Below, piece by piece: positions 38,060-46,535 of a DNA stretch of 64,000 nucleotides. The stretch comes from a virus, in the IMG/VR virus record IMGVR_UViG_3300045988_173593, positions 446 through 64,445 of that record; one strand, given 5' to 3'. A model generated the notes under the pieces. It was given only the letters and a program-made list of their open reading frames with translations, searched no databases and was not told where the DNA came from. A program made the translations under genes and the position numbers. The first letter of the stretch is position 1. Every line of letters begins with the position of its first letter.

Positions 38060-39502
38060 TCACCCCACGTTTCCGGCGGCAACCACAATGATCTTTCTGT
38101 TCGAGTATTCGCCGAGCAGAAAATACCCGGTCAGGTCGTAAAGATGGTCTTCCTGCGTTGTGTCTACATCATCCGGGTCGCGCTGGCTTCTCTGAAGCAC
38201 TGGAACAGTCCTGATAAAGTTCCGGCAGTGATCGAAAACAAACAGCCCCGGGTCGGCATCGCGTTCAATTGCCCCCGTCAGCCTGTCTCGAAGAAAAGTA
38301 AGCATCTGGTGCCGTGTTCCAGGAGCCTTGCTGCACGGTTTGAAGAATACTCCGTAATCCTCAAATTGTTTGGCAACAGTAGACTGCGAAGCGGACGATG
38401 AAGCAAAAATTGCGGAGTCGGCAATGCTTTCATGCACATGATACCCCAGCATTTTCTCTGTTTCCCTGATCCGTTCCGCACGGTCACGGATCGTTGATTT
38501 GTCGCCTTCGTTTGGTTTTCCTGTGGATCCGTAAAGTTCCTGAATCAGGAACGCATCGCCGGGAATCGTAGGACGCCGTTCTCCGCTTGGCAGAACATAA
38601 TCGGTTCCGTCCGACACGGCGAACCATCCAACCGCCCACGGGTGCGAATTTCCGTCATCGTAGCTTTTGACGATATACCACGAATCAGGAATACGGAATC
38701 TTGGCATGACATGAATTGATTCACGCCATAAGTCATCCACCGCGCCGCCGGCGGTGATGTTCCAGTCGCCTTCCAGCATCGCCTTGACAAGCCAGTCCTG
38801 TCCCAGACCTTTCAGACGGTTCGCATATTCTTCCTGGTTCAGCGAAGGATTGTCGGAAAGTTTCGCAGGAATGAACTGCCGGAGCATCCCGCCCTCTGCC
38901 GCCGGAGTCCGCCAGATTTCCCCGGCTGGCTGAGGATCAATGAACATCGCCTTGACCCAGTTATGCCCCGGACCACCCGGATTGGAACCGCAAAGGATTT
39001 TCGGAAATGTCAGATTCGGGATCATTTTCACAACGGCGGGATCGGCTTTTATCTGCTTCGGAACACGGCATCTGCCTCGCAGAAACCGATATTGATATTC
39101 CGTGAAATGTGTCAGTTCGTCAATCATCAGAACCCCGATTTCCGCGCCCTGATACTTCATCACGTCTTTTTCATATTGGCAGTGGCAGAGATGAATCACG
39201 CTTCCTGATTCCATGAATCGAATCTTAGGCGGTGCTGTCGTAATCTTGACTTTTCCGGATTCAACCTCGCTTGCAAGAAGACCGGGAAAACCGGTTTCCC
39301 CCTCGAAGTGGTTTTTCAGAAGATCGTCGCTCAACCTTCGGAACAAATAAACCTGCAACTCCCTCACGTTCATGCAGAGAAAGATTGCAAGGGCGCGGAT
39401 CAGAAAACTTTTCCCCCCGCCGGCTGCCCCTCCGAATAAAATCTCGGTCGCGTCGCTTTTCAGAACTTCGCCCTGCCGTTTGTGCAGAATCAGATTACTC
39501 AT
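38060..39502 (-). CDS. terL: terminase large subunit
   Basis: Walker A GGAAGGGKS near the N-terminus; C-terminal nuclease-like acidic motifs; 480 aa. Confidence 0.82.
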   Translation of the reverse strand: MSNLILHKRQGEVLKSDATEILFGGAAGGGKSFLIRALAIFLCMNVRELQVYLFRRLSDDLLKNHFEGETGFPGLLASEVESGKVKITTAPPKIRFMESGSVIHLCHCQYEKDVMKYQGAEIGVLMIDELTHFTEYQYRFLRGRCRVPKQIKADPAVVKMIPNLTFPKILCGSNPGGPGHNWVKAMFIDPQPAGEIWRTPAAEGGMLRQFIPAKLSDNPSLNQEEYANRLKGLGQDWLVKAMLEGDWNITAGGAVDDLWRESIHVMPRFRIPDSWYIVKSYDDGNSHPWAVGWFAVSDGTDYVLPSGERRPTIPGDAFLIQELYGSTGKPNEGDKSTIRDRAERIRETEKMLGYHVHESIADSAIFASSSASQSTVAKQFEDYGVFFKPCSKAPGTRHQMLTFLRDRLTGAIERDADPGLFVFDHCRNFIRTVPVLQRSQRDPDDVDTTQEDHLYDLTGYFLLGEYSNRKIIVVAAGNVG

Positions 39503-40403
39503 TTACTGCATCCTTTCGTTCAAACAGCGGAAGACTTTCGGCGAAAATCTCGTCCGAAAACCGCTTATGCAAAAACAAATGCTCCGTGGTCTTCCGGTTG
39601 TTATGTGTGCCACAGGTTGAAACCTTGTCCCTGCTCCAAACCGAGAAAAAATCATCCGGCATCGCGTATTCCGAAACCCATACAGGGTAATCACGTGTCC
39701 GGAGCCAATCATAAAAACGGGAATAATCAAAGCAACCATCCTTATATTCCTTCGTCCCTCTGTATGGGATATCGCAGTAGACTACCGAATCATGCGGAAT
39801 TTCAACAGACTGATAATCTAAGGAAAATATCTGTAAATTGCTTTCCATACTTTCCAGACTTTGCAGTCTTTTCAGATTTTCCAGACTTTGCAGACTTTGT
39901 AGGCGTCGCAGACTGTATTTCAGCTTGTCACGTAATTTCCACGTATCAGCATTCTTTGCAATGTTTTGTCTTGAAGCATCATCCGTATCAATCCCGAAGT
40001 CGCGTTTCAGCAACGAAAAATCGCCTAAGACACGTGCGTAATGCAGAGCCTTTTTCCACGGTTCGATTTTGCGCCCGTAGATATAAGAATGTCCATCGTT
40101 CCCGAAGCTCCAGCAAGTCCTGACATAAGTGTCCGTGTCTTTCAGACGCTCGAAGTTCTCGCGGCTGATCCAGCGTTTCTCGTTTCGGTATTTTCCGTTG
40201 ATCGCATCCACAAACAGGCGCGGCATGTCTGGCGCAATGTCGTTGACGATGAACTTTTTATATTTCCCGCTGAGCATCGCCGCGTGAGTTACGGCGCAAC
40301 CGCCGCAGAACAGATCGACAAAGTATTCTGCCGATGGCAGTTGTTCCACAATATCACGGGCGATTCTGTTTTTGCTTCCCATATAGGGCATTCCATAATT
40401 CAT
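39495..40403 (-). CDS. Dam-like (D12 class) N6-adenine DNA methyltransferase
   Basis: PYMGSK N-terminal motif; FCGGCAV (motif I, FxGxG); VVYCDIPY (motif IV, DPPY-type). Confidence 0.75.
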   Translation of the reverse strand: MNYGMPYMGSKNRIARDIVEQLPSAEYFVDLFCGGCAVTHAAMLSGKYKKFIVNDIAPDMPRLFVDAINGKYRNEKRWISRENFERLKDTDTYVRTCWSFGNDGHSYIYGRKIEPWKKALHYARVLGDFSLLKRDFGIDTDDASRQNIAKNADTWKLRDKLKYSLRRLQSLQSLENLKRLQSLESMESNLQIFSLDYQSVEIPHDSVVYCDIPYRGTKEYKDGCFDYSRFYDWLRTRDYPVWVSEYAMPDDFFSVWSRDKVSTCGTHNNRKTTEHLFLHKRFSDEIFAESLPLFERKDAVNE

Positions 40404-40420
40404 AGAACATGCCCCCAGCG

Positions 40421-40954
40421 TCAGTTGTTTTCAATCGTAAGCGTGAAGCGGTCGGTTGTCTGAACTGAACCCGAAAGCTCTGTCTCCATCTTTTCGCTGT
40501 ATCCGCGCCGTTTCCCTACGGTTTTCAGCAGAAAGAAGATTGCATCCTTGTCTCCTTCCCTGACAAGTTTCACCAGCTGGTTTTCGGCAAGGTCGATAAT
40601 CGTTTCCTTCTGGCTTTGAAAGTAATCATTTGCTTCCGGAACCAAAGTCAGATATTTTGCCGCTGTCATCCGGTCGATTCCGGCAAGCTGGGCAAGGGCT
40701 GTCATGATTCCGCCGCTTCTCTTGGCGCATTCGATGAATTTCTCTTTGCTGACTTTCATCCGAAAAGCACGCCCGCGCGATTGCTGATTTCCCGCAAGAA
40801 ACCGACCATGTTCATCTCTCCACGGTTTCTGCTCTTCCGATCCTGTCGTTTCGGATGTTGTCTTTTCTTTCTGAGAGTTCTTGACGGAAGAAGCCATCTT
40901 CTTCCCGGACGCAGTGGCATTTCTTTTCTGTTTGCTCATAACACATAATCCCAT
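40421..40954 (-). CDS. terS: terminase small subunit candidate
   Basis: Position upstream of terL; internal HTH-like IMTALAQLAGIDRMTAAKYL. Confidence 0.5.
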   Translation of the reverse strand: MGLCVMSKQKRNATASGKKMASSVKNSQKEKTTSETTGSEEQKPWRDEHGRFLAGNQQSRGRAFRMKVSKEKFIECAKRSGGIMTALAQLAGIDRMTAAKYLTLVPEANDYFQSQKETIIDLAENQLVKLVREGDKDAIFFLLKTVGKRRGYSEKMETELSGSVQTTDRFTLTIENN

Positions 40955-41035
40955 GATTACAAGTTATCGCCGGAACGGATAAACAAAGCCTCATGCAGTG
41001 TTATTTCAACGTCTCCGGTTGTTTCTCTGCCATAT

Positions 41036-41049
41036 CCGGGATTGTCAAT
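41036..41049 (-). promoter_or_regulatory. motif variant ATTGACAATCCCGGA, 82 nt upstream of the terS start
   Basis: 1 of 11 copies. Confidence 0.55.
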
Positions 41050-41162
41050 TAAAACATCTTGCAATTGAATCAGTTCATGTGTTGCGTATTCATGGTACAA
41101 TACATAAACATGTTTTTCTTTCCTGTAATCCCCCCTATAGTCCCCCCTTAATGGTTTTCATA

Positions 41163-41173
41163 AATTGACAATC
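41163..41173 (+). promoter_or_regulatory. motif variant AATTGACAATC in plus orientation, 109 nt upstream of the AntA-like gene
   Basis: Orientation matches the downstream plus-strand gene. Confidence 0.45.
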
Positions 41174-41280
41174 AGAGCTGTATGAGAATAGACGGCTTCC
41201 TCCTTCCGTTGACAAGGGCCGCTCGTGACTATGGCGGCCTTTTCTCCCATAGTCAATTCATAGTTTGAGAAAAAAACATC

Positions 41281-41928
41281 ATGAAAGAACTTGTCAGGAT
41301 TGAAGAATCCGTAATCGGAACTGAAAAACGGAAAACCGTAAACGCCCGCGACCTTTGGAAGGCTCTGGGAAGCAAACGCCAGTTTGGAAACTGGATTGAA
41401 GACCGTCTTTCCGAATTCATCGAAGAACAGGATTTCACCGTTAACAATTTTGTTAACGGGCGCGATGCAAACGGAAGATTTACCGCGAAAGATTACCTTC
41501 TGACTCTCGACGTCGCCAAACATCTGGCAATGCTGGAACGCAACGATCAGGGACGCAGAATCCGACAGTATTTCATTGAGATCGAAAAAGCGTATCGGGA
41601 AGAGTCCCGCAAAGAATACGCCGATATCGCATTGCTTCTTGAGACAATCCGACGGCAGGAACGCGAGCTTTTCGCCGCTGAACTGGAGTTGAAGGAGTGG
41701 CGCAAACTTGCCCCGTCCTGCGAGCCGGGCGAAATTTCAAAAATCACGGGAATGCCGCGTAATTTCCTGCGCCGGGTATCAGCCACCAGCAAGCCGACGA
41801 AGCATTCTTATCACCGCTTGAAAATGGCTTTGGAGGAAGCGGAAAACATTCTCCCGGGCTTCTGCGAGGCTTTGGCATCCGGACGCATCCGGGCGGCTTC
41901 CGTTCCCGTGATTGAGTTCAAGCAATAA
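41281..41928 (+). CDS. AntA/AntB-type antirepressor domain protein
   Basis: NARDLWKALGSKRQFGNWIEDRL...QDFT matches the AntA domain pattern (aRdLh...f.nWi..ri....f.e..DF). Confidence 0.6.
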   Translation: MKELVRIEESVIGTEKRKTVNARDLWKALGSKRQFGNWIEDRLSEFIEEQDFTVNNFVNGRDANGRFTAKDYLLTLDVAKHLAMLERNDQGRRIRQYFIEIEKAYREESRKEYADIALLLETIRRQERELFAAELELKEWRKLAPSCEPGEISKITGMPRNFLRRVSATSKPTKHSYHRLKMALEEAENILPGFCEALASGRIRAASVPVIEFKQ

Positions 41929-41961
41929 ACACCCCTGGCAATAACGCAGGCACAAAAAAAA

Positions 41962-41980
41962 GCCGGGGAAATGCCCCGGC
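41962..41980 (-). terminator. hairpin GCCGGGG-AAATG-CCCCGGC flanked by A/T runs
   Basis: Seen in sequence; T-run follows on the minus strand after the 42003..42431 gene. Confidence 0.5.
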
Positions 41981-42002
41981 AAAATAAAAAAACTTGTTTT
42001 AA

Positions 42003-42431
42003 TCAGTCTTCCTTTTGTTCTTCCTCCTCCAGCCTCGGCGCGTCCATGATGTTCTCGACCGTTGGCTCGTAGTCCCATACGATACGGACAATACCGGAAA
42101 ATTCGCGCGTAATCCCGTAAGCGGAGAATTTCCCGAACTGCTCGAACTTCTGCTCCCACTGACCGGAATCAAGCTTCACCGGCTTCTCGTCAATGACTTT
42201 CATGCTCCTGCCGCTTCCGATCTTGACAACATAATCTTTTTTGGCTGAGACAGGCAAATGCTTTAAAAGCGACCGCGCCGACCGGACGGAAGCCGCCTTT
42301 TTAGCGTTTTGCTGACTGGCTGCCTTGCAGTTGGGATCGGTTGATCTTTTAGCCCTTGCCTTAGCCAGGTTTGCAAGTTGTGCAGCTTTTAGAGCCGGTG
42401 TCACTGTACGTTTAGATTTACCTTTTGGCAT
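42003..42431 (-). CDS. basic (Lys/Ala-rich) DNA-binding-like protein
   Basis: N-terminal KAAQLANLAKARAKRSTDPNCKAASQQNAKKAA. Confidence 0.45.
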   Translation of the reverse strand: MPKGKSKRTVTPALKAAQLANLAKARAKRSTDPNCKAASQQNAKKAASVRSARSLLKHLPVSAKKDYVVKIGSGRSMKVIDEKPVKLDSGQWEQKFEQFGKFSAYGITREFSGIVRIVWDYEPTVENIMDAPRLEEEEQKED

Positions 42432-42663
42432 GAATAATACCCCCTTATGTTATTTTGATAATATGGCTAAACTATAACATATAGCATATTGTTGCATTTG
42501 TCAAGCATTCAACCCCTTAAAAATCTTTTTTTCAAACTTTTTTAGCCTCAAAACTAAAAAAAACGGATTTTTTTTGATTTTGGACTTGCAATGTATTATT
42601 TTAGATGTATATTAGCCTCATAACAAGAACAAAAGACAAACAAAATAAAAAGGAGACGGAAAA

Positions 42664-42942
42664 ATGGATACACTTACAGCAATCAAACTGCCGGTTATGA
42701 CAGGCACCCCGAAACAGATTGCATGGGCGGAAAGTATCAGACAATCAATTGTAGATCAGTTTTTTGCGGTTGCCGATTATGCTAGAACGCATGAGCTTAC
42801 ACAAGCGCAGAGAGATTTTTTCGAGTTTGGGAAGTCAGTGTTCAAAAAAATCATTAACGAAACATCCGCTAAGTTTTGGATTGATAACAGGTTTAACACT
42901 CTCAAAGATTTTGTTAATGAGGCAAAAAAGGAAAATGCATGA
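42664..42942 (+). CDS. hypothetical protein
   Basis: RBS AAGGAGA. Confidence 0.4.
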   Translation: MDTLTAIKLPVMTGTPKQIAWAESIRQSIVDQFFAVADYARTHELTQAQRDFFEFGKSVFKKIINETSAKFWIDNRFNTLKDFVNEAKKENA

Positions 42943-42986
42943 ACAACCACGCCGGAGAAACCCCGGCATAACATGGAGAAAGAAAA

Positions 42987-43319
42987 ATGATGAAAGAAGA
43001 ATTTGAACAGTTAGCGATGAGGGGACACGGAACGATCACTGCCATGCTGTATGACGCAATCGAAAGCTATTACATCTCGGACAGCTACTATCATCAGCAG
43101 TTCGGCGGACAGAATGAGAATAAGTTTTCGTTCGTAAAACGTGTCTTCGGCGGCAAAGTGAATACTCCGAAAAGCATCATGAAGAAGATCACTTCCGAAG
43201 CCATCCGAGCAAACCGCTGGTGCTTGCGGAATCACAACCTGACAGAGCAAGAACTAAAGCAGATGGACGAAAGACTTACGGATCATTATCAATTCCTTGC
43301 GACATGCAACTATCTTTAA
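42987..43319 (+). CDS. hypothetical protein
   Basis: 110 aa. Confidence 0.4.
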   Translation: MMKEEFEQLAMRGHGTITAMLYDAIESYYISDSYYHQQFGGQNENKFSFVKRVFGGKVNTPKSIMKKITSEAIRANRWCLRNHNLTEQELKQMDERLTDHYQFLATCNYL

Positions 43320-43455
43320 CAACCCCGCCGGGGCGGTAAAACCCCGGTACTTAACACTAATCAAATTATAAGAAGTTACCAAAATGACAAGCCTTGCATT
43401 ATGTTATTTAAATATTATATTAACTAAAAAAGGCAACAAAATAAAGAGGTGAATC

Positions 43456-44040
43456 ATGATTACAATCAAATTTATGGATGATAGAAAGTCGATTGAGATA
43501 GACGCTGAAACAATTGTCGAAGCATTAGAAACGGCGCTCTCTGATGGTGTTGACTTACGCCATGTAGACTTGCGCGGGGCTTGCTTGACCGGTGTTGACT
43601 TGCGCGATGCCTGCTTGCGCGGGGCTTGCTTGACCGATGCTGACGTTAGCTATGCTGAGTTGATCGGGGCTGATTTGACCGGTGCTGAGTTGACCCGTGC
43701 TGATTTGACCGGTACTGATTTGACCGATGCCTGCTTGACCGATGCTTGCTTGCGCCATGCTTGCTTGCGCCGTGCTTGCTTGACCCGTACTGATTTGACC
43801 GGTACTGATTTGACCGATGCCTGCTTGACCGATGCTTGCTTGATCAATGCTGATCTGCTCGGGGCCTGCTTGACCGATGCTGACGTTAGCTATGCTGATT
43901 TGACCGGTGCTGATTTAACCCGTGCTGATTTGACCGGTGCTGATTTGACCCATGCTGATTTGAGCGGTGCCCGCTTGACCGATGCTTGCTTGATCGATGC
44001 TTGCTTGATCGATGCCTGCTTGACCGGTGCAATTCGATAA
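43456..44040 (+). CDS. pentapeptide-repeat protein
   Basis: Roughly 30 consecutive A(D/N)LxG-type pentapeptides (ADLTGADLTRADLTGADLTHADLSGARL). RBS AAGAGGTGA. Confidence 0.8.
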   Translation: MITIKFMDDRKSIEIDAETIVEALETALSDGVDLRHVDLRGACLTGVDLRDACLRGACLTDADVSYAELIGADLTGAELTRADLTGTDLTDACLTDACLRHACLRRACLTRTDLTGTDLTDACLTDACLINADLLGACLTDADVSYADLTGADLTRADLTGADLTHADLSGARLTDACLIDACLIDACLTGAIR

Positions 44041-44297
44041 ATAGAGTGGAAACGAAAAATGAAACAGAACCGCGTAATCTTGGGAATAATCGTAAACGGA
44101 GAGCTTTACAGAGGAGGCGCTGCCGCATCGCTGGCCGCATACGAAATTAATAGAATTTCAGGAAAGCATGTGACATATAGCAAGGATATCCAGAACCGCC
44201 TTGATAAAACAGGCCATGCAACTATTCACGGATGTAACGTAAGTTACTATTACCTGTGAGCAAAACTATATTATAACAATCACAAGGAGAACAAATT

Positions 44298-44657
44298 ATG
44301 CGTTGTCTTATCATTCGCGCCCCGTTTGCAGGGGAAATAGTCGACGGAGAAAAGCCCGTGGAATTTCGGAAGCGTCATACCCGAATACGTGAGAGGATCG
44401 GCATTATCGAGGCAGGAACAGGAACGGTAATCGGCGAGTGTGATCTTGTAGACTCAATAGACAGAAGCGATTATGATGATGATTACTGCGTCGGCTGGGT
44501 CTGCTTGCGCCCCTTGAGATATGCAGAGCCCAAGCCCTACATACACCCAAACGGCGCTCAGCAGTGGGTTAACGTGCCGATAGAGCCGGAACAGGCTTAC
44601 AGCTCTAAAATAACAGCAAAACAATACGATAACGCATATAATTATACGGATTGTTAA
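44298..44657 (+). CDS. ASCH (PUA-like) domain protein
   Basis: MRCLIIRAPFAGEIVDGEKPVEFRKR matches the ASCH N-terminal pattern. Confidence 0.5.
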   Translation: MRCLIIRAPFAGEIVDGEKPVEFRKRHTRIRERIGIIEAGTGTVIGECDLVDSIDRSDYDDDYCVGWVCLRPLRYAEPKPYIHPNGAQQWVNVPIEPEQAYSSKITAKQYDNAYNYTDC

Positions 44658-44701
44658 GGGTAGTAAGGCCGCGAATCTGCAATAAGTAGCGTCTTTGGTT
44701 G

Positions 44702-45553
44702 TTACTGATTTTTAGTCGGTCTTCCAAAGGCGTCTTTTTTTGTTGTTTCAAGTTTTAAGCCTAATTTTTCCGCCAGTTCCTCCCCTGATATGTATTTCTC
44801 TTTTGCGTTTAATTGAAATCCGGTGATAAATTTATTCATGTTTTCAGGCGTATCAAAAACGATAACCCGGTAATAATCTTCGTTTTCAAGATTTTTATAT
44901 TTCGCCATTGCGTCTTTACGCTTCTTCTTCATCTCGTTGATTTTTTCAACATCAGACTGAACTTCTTCAGGCAGATCATAACCGTTGATTTTTGAAAGCT
45001 CAGTTTCGTTGAACATGATTTCAATATCCGCCTGGGTGAATCCGACGTCTGCAAACTCGACCCCGTCATCAATAAATAAATCCGCAAGTTTACTGTAATC
45101 GAAAACTCCTTGCATATTTGGATTATTCAGGCGGATATTCAATTTGCGTTCCATTTTGTCATCAACGTCAATAGCCAGAACATCGAGTTCATAATCTTTT
45201 GTCTTCATGAGTTCATCAAGTACGGATAATCTTTGATGACCCCCTACAACGTTTCCAGTGCGCTGATTCCACACAATCGCATTCGCCAGCCCTTCCTTTA
45301 CGCTTTTTTTTAGCTTTTTCCGGCTTTCATCATCTATTTCTCGCGGGTTATATTCCGCCTCATGCAGTTGTGACCTATGGACACGTTGCGGTGTAAATAT
45401 TTGATATTTGCATAGTTTATTAACTTGTTCAGCTGTTTCGTTAAACTCATTTTTTTTATTGTTGGACATAAGAACCTCTCCTGTATTGAAAAACATCACG
45501 CGCGTGAATAACATTTGCCAACGGGAATTTATTTTCGACCTTTGCCCAGTCAT
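44702..45553 (-). CDS. ParB/Sulfiredoxin-like nuclease-domain protein (IbrB-like)
   Basis: VVGGHQRLSVLDEL is the ParB N-terminal GxxR box. Confidence 0.65.
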   Translation of the reverse strand: MTGQRSKINSRWQMLFTRVMFFNTGEVLMSNNKKNEFNETAEQVNKLCKYQIFTPQRVHRSQLHEAEYNPREIDDESRKKLKKSVKEGLANAIVWNQRTGNVVGGHQRLSVLDELMKTKDYELDVLAIDVDDKMERKLNIRLNNPNMQGVFDYSKLADLFIDDGVEFADVGFTQADIEIMFNETELSKINGYDLPEEVQSDVEKINEMKKKRKDAMAKYKNLENEDYYRVIVFDTPENMNKFITGFQLNAKEKYISGEELAEKLGLKLETTKKDAFGRPTKNQ

Positions 45554-46145
45554 CCGGGTAATAGGATTGAAGCATTATTTGAGCATCAGGAAAAAAAGGA
45601 CAGCTTAAGCTTCGTTCGGAAAACTGATATTCTGTAGGCGGCAATATCTTGTTGAGTTTCAGATATTGAAAAACTTTACTGCTGTTCCAAAACGCCAGCG
45701 GAAATAGTTTTGAATGCTTATAATCCACCCCTCCGTGCTCATTTATCATTGCTTGTCTTTCTATGCTTTCATACGCCATCATCCCGTATGCAATCCAGTT
45801 ACATTGAAAAAAATCACGGACATAATTTTCAATATCAGAAAAATATATTTTAGGCACACGGGAAAGCTCAATGCTTTTGTGCATATATTTTTGCTCTTTA
45901 TAAATATCACTCAGCTCAAAATGCGGAACATGCAGAATTTTTACCCTATAACGGTTTTCAATATACCGGAAATAATTGTCCTGAAGAGTGCAATGATCCA
46001 CATAATACATATAGAATACATATACCGTTCTGAAATACTTTTTGCACAAATCAAGAAGACAGACGCTATCTTTTCCGCCGCTGAAACCTACAATGATTTT
46101 TTGAGTTTCGCACTGTCCTTTTTTTATGACATCATACAAATCCAT
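45456..46145 (-). CDS. PP-loop ATP pyrophosphatase (PAPS reductase-like) family protein
   Basis: VGFSGGKDSVCLLDL P-loop SGGxDS. Confidence 0.7.
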   Translation of the reverse strand: MDLYDVIKKGQCETQKIIVGFSGGKDSVCLLDLCKKYFRTVYVFYMYYVDHCTLQDNYFRYIENRYRVKILHVPHFELSDIYKEQKYMHKSIELSRVPKIYFSDIENYVRDFFQCNWIAYGMMAYESIERQAMINEHGGVDYKHSKLFPLAFWNSSKVFQYLKLNKILPPTEYQFSERSLSCPFFPDAQIMLQSYYPDDWAKVENKFPLANVIHARDVFQYRRGSYVQQ

Positions 46146-46212
46146 AAGAACCTTATATATAATTCAAACTTTAATAACAAAAGAGCTTTAAAGCTCTTTT
46201 GTTAATTGATCT

Positions 46213-46329
46213 CAAAGCGTCAATGCATACATCACGCGTCCATATTCTCTCTCACGTCTTGTCTGCCACGCTTTCCGGGCAGCTCTACGCCTTGCCGCTC
46301 TTTTTGCTTTTGCTTTTTCACTCGCCATA
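46213..46329 (-). CDS. small basic peptide (not in ORF track, under 60 aa)
   Basis: RBS AGGAGATAATT then ATG; MASEKAKAKRAARRRAARKAWQTRREREYGRVMYALTL. Confidence 0.3.
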
Positions 46330-46379
46330 ATTATCTCCTGTTTTTTGCCATCATCACCATGATAACGGCTTATACTTAC

Positions 46380-46393
46380 CCAGGATTGTCAAT
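46380..46393 (-). promoter_or_regulatory. motif variant ATTGACAATCCTGG upstream of the small peptide and PP-loop/ParB operon
   Basis: 1 of 11 copies. Confidence 0.5.
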
Positions 46394-46535
46394 TTGAGAA
46401 TAGGCTGCATTCGGAAATATTCATGCAGAAACGGCGGTTTGTTCTTGTCTTTTGCTCAATGAAGGGAAAAAATATTGACGCATCGTGTATCTTTGAACGT
46501 AGAAAAAAAAATCTGAAAAAAATACAATTTTTCTT

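Noticed and set aside
43555-43847. ORFs 43555..43758 and 43650..43847 on the minus strand (Q/A/S/V-rich)
   Set aside because: They lie antisense within the pentapeptide-repeat gene. Their periodic composition just mirrors the DNA repeat, and the plus-strand gene has an RBS and a coherent domain
10308-46393. Interpreting the repeated motif simply as host sigma-70 promoters because it contains TTGACA
   Set aside because: No -10 hexamer lies at a 16-18 bp spacing in any copy, and several copies are only 24-34 nt from the start codon. Genuine TTGACA-17-TATAAT promoters exist elsewhere in the window, so the motif is kept as a distinct element
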